A stretch of DNA of 59,372 nucleotides, filler included, from Sphacelaria rigidula (lineage: Eukaryota), in assembly GCA_964200075.2 (NCBI GenBank). It is 3 parts of 3 records of this genome, joined end to end, with 100 filler letters (N's around TTAATTAATTAA, not from the genome) between each part and the next. Parts side by side here need not be neighbours in the genome. Positions count along the whole stretch, not along the records: positions 19,827 to 39,550 come from CAXNAA020000623.1; positions 39,651 to 59,372 come from CAXNAA020000624.1; 1 more part is not named here. The stretch is one strand, 5' to 3'. The stretch's first letter is position 1, and each line of letters opens with the position of its first letter. Shown here one piece after another: positions 38,776 through 51,500 of the stretch. The notes beneath the pieces were generated by a model. The model was not told where the DNA came from, searched no databases, and was given only the letters and a program-made list of their open reading frames with translations. Both the position numbers and the translations under genes were made by a program.

Positions 38776-39550
38776 TTGGTGGTCGAAGACCATTTATACC
38801 CGCAACCTTCCTCTGCGGCACATCAGTAGTCAAGGGTTCCATTTGTTTATATTGAACCGATAACTACTCACATGCAAGGTTGCTGATGGCAACGACTGAG
38901 AGAACTTCCGACAAACCTATACTAGATGGGGTTCCAACACGGTATCTTCCTTATTGGGAGAGGAAAGACTGGTTAACGGGGAGAAGAACATTGAGGGTTT
39001 TTTTTTCGATTTCGATCGAAGCCTTGCACACGTCGGGCACACCGGCTCCCTATACCCTGAGCAACCTCGTTTTGGACGTGGCTCCTCAGTCATGTATGAG
39101 AACCACATGAGCTACGCATGTCTTTCCTGGTGTGAGCAATGATTACTGTATTAGCCACGTGTGTTGACCGTACGTGAGCTACCAAACTATCGCTCATCGA
39201 CCCAGATTTGTCGTGGACGAGTTGCGAGAGCTGCATTTTGTTGCGTTCGACGGTTCGGTAGAAAGTAAAAATGCAAGGGACGGTAGATTTTGGTGCTATG
39301 AAAATACCATCCTTCGTACACAGTGCATAAGTCAGTGCCAGTTGGTGTAATCGGACGAAACGCGTGACAACGCCGTTTATCTGAAGGGCGTAAGTCGCTA
39401 AATGCCATGAAATAATTCTTGAGGCCGCTTCTTATAATAGACAAAGATAAAAACCCGGAAAAATGTGTTTTTGGAGCTTTTACGTCGTTTTACGCCCCAA
39501 AAGAGAGCTAGGCGGATTGTTACACCTTGGAATGTCTTCCTCTACTTCTA

Positions 39551-39650
39551 NNNNNNNNNNNNNNNNNNNNNNNNNNNNNNNNNNNNNNNNNNNNTTAATT
39601 AATTAANNNNNNNNNNNNNNNNNNNNNNNNNNNNNNNNNNNNNNNNNNNN
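39551..39650. other. Artificial contig-joining linker (N44-TTAATTAATTAA-N44)
   Basis: Same 100-bp structure as 19727-19826. Confidence 0.97.
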
Positions 39651-39717
39651 CGTGCAAGAGAGAAATGCCACTTCAACCCCATATTTTGTATGAACCCCAA
39701 AATTTAAAATCGGCTGT

Positions 39718-40300
39718 TATTTGATTGATCGATTGATTGATTGATTGTCGCACTTTAACTGACCCCCCAGGGGTTCAGCCGCCATGGTCTCAAGATAGAT
39801 GTATACCCAGGAGAAATGAAACTGAAAAACGCGCTGAAGAAAAGAAGGAACAGAGAGAAGAAAAAAAGTCGAACAAAACGACACAGCAGACTAAGTCGTA
39901 ACAAAAACAAGTTATGAAAAAGTCAACACAAGTAAAGCACAGAAATGGTTGACCTAAAAAGAAGTATAAAGAGGAAATTCAAGAGCAAATAAAATAAAAT
40001 AAAACGATGAAAAAAAGCAAAAGGCCCAAGGAATTTAGGGCAGCAGAGTAGATACAGAAACACACCGCAGTAGGCACCAACAACCGATATGAGCAGACAG
40101 GATTCTCCGAGTGGCAGCCTTCGACGCGTGTCCTCAGACTCTTCCGCTCCCTTTTCGACTCCAATATACCATTTGCCCATGTTCTTCGCCGCAGCGACCC
40201 AATCGTATGCATCGTTTACCTCTACAGCGTAGACGAACCACTTTCGTAGAGCTCCTTTTTATGCAAGCTTGCGTCACCGGGAAACGTCACTCCGAGTTCT
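39718..40300 (-). mobile_element. RTE-like LINE 3' end with (CAAT)n tail
   Basis: MGKWYIGVEKGAEE remnant and 3' UTR are homologous to 17600-17950; gattgattgattgattg tail at the left edge. Confidence 0.72.
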
Positions 40301-42584
40301 AACCGTAGTATAAGTCGCAGCCGTCGCCTGGGGTCCACAAGTTCCGGCAAGGATGTCACATGACTGACCAACATTGACCGCTCTTAACGTCCTCCAGTTG
40401 CAATCGGTGTCACATTCCTAAAAAATAACCATCAGGTCCAGTTATCCATTCGGGGGCTCTCAGAAGGGTTGGGGGTTCGGTGAGCCAGAAGCGCAAGCAG
40501 TTTTTTAACGAAAATACAGCTTGCTAGTTGTGCTGCATGCGATATGTATGGACACTCCCGATCGACTGCCTAAAGTGAACTTGATGAGGTGCTGGAGGTG
40601 CTAGAGGTATGTGTGAGTGTGTGTCCGTATGTAGGGAGAGACATTCGTCCCTGGAGGCTTCGAGAGTTATTTCATATCTTCCGAAAATCAAAGGCGAGGC
40701 ACAGGCGCGTTGACCCTTCATACGACGGTTTCGTCCAACCTACGGTACTGCTTCCGTATTTTCTTTCTTCAGGAGATGAAAAGGAGAATTATCGTCATCA
40801 AATGTCCCTCATCATTTTCGAAAAGCAAGGCGAAGAAAAGCTACGGTAGGTACGGCAGAGGAGACCTCGATATTCGATTCGTCCCTTCACCCCCGGCGGA
40901 ACAAAGGGAAGGAGGGCGAGTGGTACACCATCCAAATTCGTTTTAAGCTGCATCGTTATTTCCGCGAGAAGGTATTGGCCGAACATGCACAAACAGACCG
41001 TATTACAGTAGTTGTAGTAGTTACTCGATATTGTTTCTTCTCACAAACATTTGCGCACAACGTCTCATCATCTCAGTCATGCGCGCACCTCGTTCATCTA
41101 CATACTAAAAGCAGATGAGCCTTTACCCGAGCAATCTAGTCTCGACACATTTACTTCAATGAAAATCTGCGTCACTGAAGGAAAGAGGAATCGCAACTTC
41201 TCCTCCCCCCCCCCCCCCCCCCCCCCCCACACGTCGTACACGCACAAAACAGAACGGAAGACCACACACCACAACACAACACNNNNNNNNNNTCTACAGT
41301 GTGGACGTGGGGAAAAGGAAAGATAAAACGTCCCCCCCCCCCCCCCCCCCCCCATCAGGGGCAGGTGTGTGCTGCACAAAGCGTGGACCGCGAGGACAAC
41401 GATAAAGAAGCTGCCACGCAACGCATCGATCAATCCGGTTCAAGTGTTCCAATTCTTATGAGAAGAAATCATATAAGCTAGACTCCATTAATTTACGGAA
41501 GCTAAAAGTTAGACCAACCCCACCACACTCATCACCCAAGTACTCAGCACGCCAAAGCGGGGGTCTAGGCCAGCGAATGTTCACTGACACGAGTGAAAAT
41601 ACCATGTACCTCAAGCGCAACAACGTAACAGCGGGATTCACACCGCTTCCAGGAATCAAAACACTCCCTCTCCCCCCCTCCCCCACACACCATACAAGTC
41701 GTACAAGCACAAAGCAGAAAACACATGGTGGAAACAGAAACAGCTTATTCCAAGGGCAGCTCGGGTAGGGTATATACCCGATGTTTTGATATATTAAAAA
41801 AGTTGCCAATCACCTGCTCAAGCCAGTCACAACGTTATCGGGTACACCCCACCCGACCTGTACTTGAAGCTTGCGTGTACAGCACAAAAAAATAAACAAA
41901 ACAAGGTATTCGTGCATGCAGACGGCATACTGAACGGACGGACGGACGGATGGGAGCTACTAGGGGAAAACAAAATCCGGCCGATTTTCGCGGGGCAAAC
42001 GTCACTCGACACGGCGTCGACCAACACCGAAATGTTCGCCCTTCGTCATATTTACTCTCACCCAGTCCACTCCCTTCCAGAAACAAAAGCAAGGCAAAAA
42101 CCAGGCTTGAGCCCATAGGTTCATTACATGCGCAAAACACACGTACATGTGTGCGTTTGCTTCGATATAGGTCAAGGCCTTCCTGTCGCCGACACTGAGT
42201 GCCAAGGGAATCGACACACGCTTGCTTTTTTACAGGAACACTTTAGAATTGTCAGCGTTCTACTTTAGTAGCAATTCACGATCTCGTCGTCGAGTCGATG
42301 CGTAGATATGCGGTGAAGCTATTTTCGTGGTTGAATGAAGACAACAACGAAAACACAATAAACAGCAACACCGAATGACACAAAGAAACAAAACAAATAA
42401 ACAGGACAACTAAGCAGCAACATACACGGCAAGGAACGTTCACAGACACGAAAAAAACACTTGGCCAGTCATCTTTTACCCCAAGTCGACGGAAAACCAT
42501 GAGTTCAAACCACGGCATTCCCTTCTTTTTGAGGGAAATCCCAAAAGAATGAAACAAAAACACAGTGTCTTTCAGGAAATTTCA

Positions 42585-45500
42585 TCATTCCAAAGCGGAG
42601 GAAGCGAAGGCGATCTTCAAGTCACCATCGTCGTGACGGATCGAAAAGTCGCTGGAGAATGGCCCGGACACGCGGTAGTCCTCTTCGGTGCCGCGAACAG
42701 CCGACATACCCCGCATGATCGGCTTTCCAGTAGAGACATCAACCGTAGGATGTAATGTCTCGCCCAGAACGCCCTGCGGGTACATCCCGAGGAAGGCGCG
42801 CTCGATGCCCATATTCATCTGGAATGTACGGTGGTCCGGCAGATCAAACTGGTCGGTAGGGTCCCTCATTGCCAGCTGTGGGTAGGGACGGGACAAGAAC
42901 GCGACGCGTAGGGCAATGGACGGGACAGGACGGTTTTCGACTCGAAGAGCTTGAGACGATCAGCCTACCTGGTTCCGGTTTCGTGTAATAAGTGGATTGA
43001 TGGAGTCATCACGCATGACTTTTTCCGTTACAAATCCAAGCATTGTCACAAGATAAATTTCCCCGCGCCTACTCGAAGTAAAAAGCAGCTGTTAAGGGTG
43101 AGCACATTCATGCATGAGGCATGCCACGCTCTGAACCGTATATCTGGCTCAACTTTCTCCGCCCAACCACTCACGCTCGAAATCCTCGTTCGTTCACATT
43201 CTTCCTCAACTACACGCGGTCTTCGCGCTGGCGTATAGCAATGTTCTGTGATTATCGAACCCGGACCAGCCATCACCAAGGAAATTTCAGTGGATAGAAG
43301 AACTTCGGCCACCGGTACGACCTCTGCACCACCAGATCAGAAAGAGTGTCGACAGGATCACCCACACACACCTACACAAAAATATGTCGAGTTCGTACAG
43401 TACAGTACAGTACAGTACCTGGTGCAGCTTCCCATGGTTGAGACGTATCGTGAGATTTGGCGTGACAATCTGGAACGACGTGTGCTCAGACTGGTAGTGG
43501 AACAGGGAGTTCTGCGCCACATGCTTCGCCACGAACGACTTGCACTCCTGCATGTTGGTCGCCTTCGAGTCCCCCAGGATCCACTCGTCCATCGGAACGC
43601 TGTACCGGATGAAGTCATCTAAACGACGCCCGCCAGCAGCCCCCGGGGCCGACGCTTCGGCCTGCCTGACCTTCTCGGCCCAGTAATTCTCGAACCCGAA
43701 CGGCCTGCACTCTCCGGGGATGTTCACCGCACCCACGGAGAACCCGGATCCTATCTCGACTTGTGCGGGGGAAATCATGGGCTTCTCGTCGAGCAGCACC
43801 TCGATCGCACCATCCGCCAGGCACGGAGTGTTGGTGGGGCAGTAGGTCGGGGTGTAAAAGTCCTCCGGGTGCTTCACCCTGACCTGGACCGTGTGCATGA
43901 CGCCGTCCGCATCCGCCGCCTGGAGCGCGAAGCCAACGATGTACGTCACGACCTGAAGGGTGGGCACGGGCGCGTGCAGGAGCATGGTGACTACCGTGGA
44001 GGGCTCGTCCTCGGTGAGGAGGGCGTAGTAGCCGCCGTCCTGGCCGGTGAAGTCGAACTTCTGCCCGCGGAAGCCCACCAAGTGGGGGTCGCCCTCGGCC
44101 TCCACTTCAGCTGGAGTGTTTTCGGAGGGAGGCGGACGTGTAATTGGGATTCATACCGGCAGGAGGGAAAGAGGGAGAAGTGCATGAAAAATTGCAACGA
44201 AACAGCTTTGAGTGCAGCCAAACCGACGAACAGCAGAGGTGCTTCGTTGCAAAAGGAGGGAGAGGGGGGGGGGGGGTCAGGCGGTTCAGAAAGGCAATTA
44301 CGGAGACCGAGAAACGGGCGTGTGTCGTATCCCCGTCCATGGTTGCAAGCCGTCATGTCGCGATGTGCGCGGAGAAGATTTCCGTCTTCATTCTTGCTCG
44401 TTCAGCGTTCATGCTGAGGACCAAAATAACGTTTTTTATTTGTTTTCACCTTTTCTCCATGTGCATCTTCAAAGCATGTCACTAGGTACCAGTTCGGAGA
44501 AATCCCAAACATTGGCTTCACACGGCGTTGTCACCGAATGAATCCTCCGGGCACACAGCATACGGACAATCTGACTGTCGTTTTTTCCAACTGAGCATTG
44601 CGTCGTTTCCACAGCTGGACGGTCAAGAATATAACGCAAACGACAACATTTTCAGCTGCTGTACCTAGTACGTTGTTCACGCATCATTACATCCCAGCAG
44701 TCATCACAGTGCACAAAATGAGTAAAACTATTTCGACGACAGTGAACGTACATTCCGTGCATTGGCTGGGAGATTCGCCACCCAGCGGCGACTCCTTGCA
44801 GATCAGGCCTTCACAGCACTCATCGTCCGTTCTACACTCGACCTCGACCGGCAAACAGCCCGGAGATGTAAGCACTGCAAAAAATGGGCGAAACCAAGAG
44901 ACGAGATGCGAGGAGAAGTCGAAGGAAAGTGAGAACGGATCACGTGGAAAAAGACTAGAGTAGCAGAGAGTGTGCGGCACGAGTGAGTGTCGCGTCTTAC
45001 TTGTACAGCGGGGAAGCGGGGATAGCTACGCATCTCGAGCATTGGCGACGAGGGGGAGGGGGGCACGACCACGTACTTCACACCGTTATCAATAGTTTAG
45101 AGTGCAACAAGTTTGAAGCTTTACAACTGAACGCATTTCGTATTTCAATTTGTTGTTACCGTAATGAGTCGCGGCTTCTGCTTTATCCGACACAATGTTC
45201 AAAACAATTCTATTTTCTACCATTTTCCATCGAGACACGGGATCATCGATCGTTGAGGGTCTTACGAATATGCAGCCTACGCCTCATCGCGTTGGAGGGG
45301 GGAGGGGGGGGGGGACCGATTCACCTGTTTCACTTCATGTTGAGATGACGCACTATTTTGCGTGTCGCGTGATGACAGAAAACTCCGAGCGATGAGAACA
45401 AACACATCCCACGCATCATGAACCGGGCGGAACAAAAGTACAGCACTACTTTTACATATGCGGACAACTGTGCCTAATGGCAAGGTAAAAAGCATACACT

Positions 45501-48500
45501 CATTTTGGCGATGACGAACGTGCCCGAAAGCAATTCAACATAATATACGTTCTGCATACATACATGATGGCGGAGTGTATATCTCGACATCAACCACTTG
45601 ACAGCAAAGTTTTGACAGCAAACGGTATATATATATATACTTGTCAAGATTTCTACACCAACTCCAATTCCATTATGAAAAGGAGCACCGTTCAGCACCA
45701 TGAAGGGGATAGCACCAACTATGTGGTTTGTCTGCGTGTGCATCGGGTAAAGGCGTTTCAATATTCCTAGTATAAAACCCCAACATAGATCCTCAAAAGG
45801 TGGAGAACACATCTGGAATGAAGGTAAAGTTGCATGGAATTGAGAGTCAACCTCAACGACGAAACGAAATTATGTAAAAACGAAAGAAGTATTCCACTCT
45901 AGCCAAAAATAAGGCCCATTAATTTTGGAGCTGTTTTGTTTTGAGATCGGGCTTGCAAGGTAATAGATGACTCTCCAGTGTTCGCGAGCGCCAAGGCGTA
46001 CACACGAGCCTCGACTTTCATTTCTCAGGGCGAAGGAAGCCGGCGGCCCCTGTGAGAGTCTCGTCACCACACCTGGCGGCCGCCGAAGGACCTCCAGTGG
46101 TGGTGTCGATTCGGCCGGATGCCGATGTCTCCCCCCGTACTCTACTGTACCATCAGTATACCTTCGCAAATGGTCTCGTCGCCATCTTGGGGAGTCCGGC
46201 ACGCTAAATTACTCTCGCAGTCAGTGTCATTGTCGCAGGGATCGCCGGGCTGTCTGGGGGCTGCACGCGAAAGTACGAAAAAAAACAAAAAACACACAAC
46301 AGACAAAATAAACAAAAAGGTTACACAGTACGGTTAGAAAGGAGAGAGTGATATGCTATTCTAGAAGTCAATGGTACAGCGCGATGAGAAAAACTGCAAA
46401 AAATGGTGAAATGATGAGCCAGACCCTTCCTTGATTATCGTCAACCTCGGCCGGGCGTTCTTTTTTTTTGCTCAAATCGTCCACATTTTTTTTCCCTGTA
46501 TATTCGTGAAGTTTGTGACCTACAACATTGTCTCAGTATCTTACGTGACAGACCATCGCAGGAGAAACGAGGTATGCGCCACACTTTGTGCGTGCGTCCA
46601 CGAAATGTCGCAAACGGTCCCGAGGGAGTGGGGAAGGAAGGGGTGTACTCATTATCATGCATGCCATAGTCATGAGTACACCCCACCTCGATAACTATTC
46701 AGCCCGGGACCCCTACATATTCTGCAACGGTCCCTTCAGGCTCAATTTTCCTATCGCGATGGTATCGCGATAAAAAGAACCCAAATTTCTCCATCGCAAT
46801 AGAGAAATTTGGCTCGGATAGCATCGCGATAGAGAGAAAGCGCGTTTTCTTCATCGCGATACCATCACGATACACCTAATTTACTTGCTCAATCTGGCGA
46901 AAAGAGGTCTGAACGGCTGTTTGAAGCAGCCTGAACGGCTTTTATACACATGATGCAAAATGTCGACACCCATGATGAAATTTTAACCATGACTGGGGTA
47001 ACGGGTCCCTTCACGCGAGGACCTTGGGGGTACGGACCCCTTCCCGCGACAATTGTCACAGGATCACACAATTTCTTGCAACGACCACTGGCAACACTTG
47101 GGCGACATTAAACATTTTCACGAGGAAATATGTAAGACCAGACACATCACCTTGATTTGATTTTCTCTGGTCGTGAACGATGGCATCGCGATAGCATCGC
47201 GAGAGAGAAATTTGTCTTTCTATCATGATGCTATCGCGATACCACTTTTAGGGTCAAATAGGCCTAAATGGACAGTTCCAGAATATGTGGTATATTGTTC
47301 AGCCCCGGGGCTGAATACGAAATATGAGGCGGGTGGGGCGCACTCGAATGCACTGCAGGACACCAGACATTGCGCAGTGCAAGGCGAAGGTTACCACCCA
47401 TCTCCTGGGGGACAACAAAACGAAAAACGTGAAATGATCCCTGTCACGTTGCCGCAAGCACCTTGAAGGAGGGCAAAATAGAGCGCGTAGCACAAACACT
47501 CAACATTTGCCTACAGGCCGAATGATGCACAACATCATGCTAATCAAAAGGGCGGGCGACTCACTTCTGCATTCAGGAGTTCGCATGCCCATGGCAAAAG
47601 ACTTGCAGTATAGGTTTCCGCAGCAGTCCTCGTCCATGGTGCAGCGCCCCGTTGACTGTTGGCATTCTTTCCGCGAACACGCTGTGAATGTCGTGGCACG
47701 AGAGGAAGGCGGGGAATGTTCAAGGTACGGGCGGGGTGGTGGATGCGGTGGAAGGAGACGGTGAACTTCAACATCATCTTGTAGGGTGTATCGATTATCA
47801 TCCATGGAAGCGATTGCTCAAATGCTTCTCGACATCTCCATCCAAGGAGCCGAACCGGGGTAGATCTATGGCACCCGACGCCCAAGCCGGGGGGGAACAG
47901 GTTCCAACGACGACGATAATAAATATACCTGTGACGCAGTGAAGTGATTCTACTCACTCTTTTCGTACGCTGCCGAGAAGTCATAGCCAAAGGTTGACAC
48001 ATTACTTTTTCCTGTTCCTCTCCATGGAGGATGAACTCCGACACAGTCCGAACCCCCCGACAAATCACAATTTGTAGGGCATGTACGAGTAGCAGTAGGT
48101 GAAGGAATGAAACCATACTCCGAAGATTTGGTTTGGATACGAAGATCTCAACCCTCCGAGTTCTCATCCTCAAGGAAAAGCTCCATCCTCAATTTCGATG
48201 ATCGACTGTTTTTTCCAAGAAAAGCCGCAAGGCTTGTTATGGACACGAGGACGTGAGGGTCCAGAGTCCTCTTGACCAGAGTCGACGCGGTGCGCGAGTG
48301 CTGTTTCAGCCCGAGATCACCGAAGGAAAAGGCATGTACCGGGGGGGAGATACGGGTTTTCGATTCCTGTGAGAACACGGACTCGTCCCGAGGAAGAATT
48401 GGGGGGTCGAGACAATGACCAAAATACCAATACACGTCATTTCAACCTGGTCGAAACCTATGACTGACATGACTGTACTCACGACCTTCGTTGGTTTCTC

Positions 48501-51500
48501 GTCGCATCCCAGCCGTGAAAGGATTTGACTGGCGTGCACGCAACTGATTTCAAAAGCGGTCGGGAAAATGTTGATATCGGACACTCACCTTGGCAATCAC
48601 TGCGTAAAGCGGTCGTCCCCTCGGTACACCCGGGGGGTGTACTCGTGCAGCAAAGGACGGGGGGGAGGTGTTGCATGCATACTACAGAATAAACGAGATA
48701 CCGTTTCACCCACCTCCACTGTCGCAGGCGAGGTCACGACAGCACTCAGAGTCCCCACTGCAGACGCCGTATTCGGAGACGCACCCAGGTGGCGGCGATG
48801 AAGTTTCTGCACGGATCAAAAGAAATAAGGGACGGTGGGGGGGGAGGGGCGAAAAGAGCCCCAGGAACACAAATCACACAAGAGGGTTCAGTGAAAAACG
48901 CATGTAAACTTTCTCGAAGACTTGGGACAAAAACAAAATCCTCTTGCACTCGCTGCCGGCTCGATGTGAGTAGTTCAGTCAGTGCACGAGTAAGTTTGAC
49001 TGAAAGACGTTCACCAGCCGCATAATATATGTAGGTCTTGGAATTGAAATTCAAAGCATTTTAGACCGTGTTGTTCATACGACCTGGCGGGATTTCCAGC
49101 TCGACGGGCGATCAGATCGGACGGCAGACGGATCATGATGTGAAAACCTTGATCAAGTGTCGAAACTGTTCGCTTCCTCAACAAAAGATGTGGTACGTGG
49201 TCCGATCCTGGCATGACCGTTTGTGGAAGGAACGAGTTTGATCTGTGAAGAAAGTGAGCGGTCACTGGTTCGGGTAAACTGTTCTCTTCCTGAACAGCGC
49301 CTGGTTTAAAGGTGGGGTCATCTCGAAGCTCGTCTCGTACTTTAGGGCCTCGAATATTAAACGACACTTCTGAAACGCACCGTGGCAGTAGTTGTCCCCG
49401 CCGCACTCCAGCCCGTCGCAGCAGTCTGAATCAGTATCGCAGTACTCGTCCTGATACTTGCACGGCTCTGATTTGCAGCGAAAACAGCGAAAACAGCAAG
49501 AGAAATTAGCATAAAATAACACGCAAAGAAATACAAAACATATGAAGATGGAAAATAAGTTAGCATCCAAAACATTCTTCATATTGAACGTGTACGGCAA
49601 GCGCACAATAAGCCCCATCAGTGATGAAAATTACCAGACTTGACCTGACCACGACCGTTCAAAAATGGTGAAGTTGAGACGACATTTGTTCCGCCATAAA
49701 AACGACAGAAATGGAACAAAAAAAATCTAGACGCGTCGCACGACTTTCAAAAGCTGGAAAGTTTCACGAACGGCAATGAGCAGTTCGCGACATTTTTTCA
49801 AGCAGTACCCCTTAGCCCTGACGTCCGGTGGGACTGAGCTCTGCTCAGCTGCGCTTCGAAAAGGACCTGGTGATAGCGCTCCCCATAGACCGTCCCAGTG
49901 CTGCACAACACCGACAGCCTCCTGAAAACGGAAGGTGACTGCACTGATGGCATTGACATCGGAGTACCTCCGTGTCAGGAGGCTATGTCTCTCGGCTCCG
50001 ACAGCGGGCGAACTGAACTACGCTCAGCAACGTATGCTTAAAAAAAAACTTGTGATCCAGTGGTGCTGCTGAAGGGATCGCGCTGGTGCTGTGTATCACA
50101 GGGGGCTAGTGACAACGGCAGACACGATTTTACTGCTGGACATTAGCAGTAGATTACCTTGGCAGAAGTTTTCGTCGCAGATCAGGCCGTCGCAGCACGT
50201 GGAGTTGTCGTCGCACCACGCGTTCTGGTCCATGCAAGGCTCTGGATAGAGACCAAAACAATGAGAGATATGAAAGCATGGAGAAACCAACGAGACCCAA
50301 CGGCGATCAAGCGCCTGTATATACATGTGTACGCAGTGAAAACATCACGAAAAATAGTACTGCTACTGTTTATTGTTTGTTAGTGACGTAATGCAATGGG
50401 GAGAGTTCCGAAAAACACGGGTTCCTCTCGGTAGCGGATACGTCTAACAATTATAACACTATTTCGAAGAAAACTCGAGATGTTTCTTCCAGCTGTTTTT
50501 TTCGACCTTCGCCTGTCTCAACTTCATGAGATATGTACCAAACCGTACGCTGACACGACAAGGGCTGACAAAAGGAACATGCGTTTCCCGAACCAGTAGA
50601 AGTTGGACGCAGCACATGGAAAAAAAAAACAATGCGCACGTACCATCACAGACGTTGCTTGCAAAGTCGCACACGAGGTCGTCGCAGCAGCTCGTCGCCC
50701 CATCGCAATGGTCGAACTGAGCCGCGCAGGTCGGGGGGGGATCTGGTGATCATCCATCCGCGCACACGAACCCATCGCCCAAACAAAACGCAAAATAAGG
50801 AAGGAAAAACAAAGAGAAACGAACGGATTCCGAGCTCAGGAAAATTATTCCTGATCTCCTCTCGCTACCGTCTACAGTAATGCATCAAACGATATCACGC
50901 AACCTTTGTTCACGTCCCGCATTTCCCCCTCTATCACGTCCCGTTCCTCCTAATATAGTTCACATTTTGTACCTGTATGACTTCTGCTCTCTATTCCATT
51001 GCCACAGGGGCAGGTCTGTGCATTTACTTCCTCCTCCACACGACTACTGGTCATTTGTACTACTGTCGGGGGAGCGGGGGTAGGTGCGCGCGAGGGTAGC
51101 AACCAACAAACGGGCGCTGACGAAGCTTGTATGGATCACCATTTGGGTGTCGTTTTTATGTCATAAATACTCACCAATGCAGCGACTTCCGTCGAAAACC
51201 AGACCATCGCAGCACTGCCACCGGTAACTACACCGCTCGTTTCGCTCGTAGCATTGCTCTAGTGTTGGCGTACACGGAAATGACAAAAAGGCACATACAC
51301 ACGGGCGAGCACAGGGAAGCGTCGGTCCGTGGTGCACTGTAGCATCAGCGCAAGCCGGGGAGACTTGACGCGTGGGGCAGGATTTATATGGAAAGAGAGC
51401 TGCCAAGTGGTTCAGAGGCGGCATGTACAAGTAATAGCAGTGAGACGAAAAAAAAAGTGGATCGCTGTGGAGCTAGACCCAACGGCACTGAAGAAGAAAA

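Noticed and set aside
38880-39142. Possible terminal exon near the end of the second contig
   Set aside because: No recognisable motif and no linked exons.
47340-47405. Additional Cys-containing exon of the knottin gene (acceptor-like tcccccag)
   Set aside because: Phase-1 reading hits TAA after four codons, there is no Cys framework, and the apparent donor lies within a MITE end. It could at most be an alternative terminal exon.
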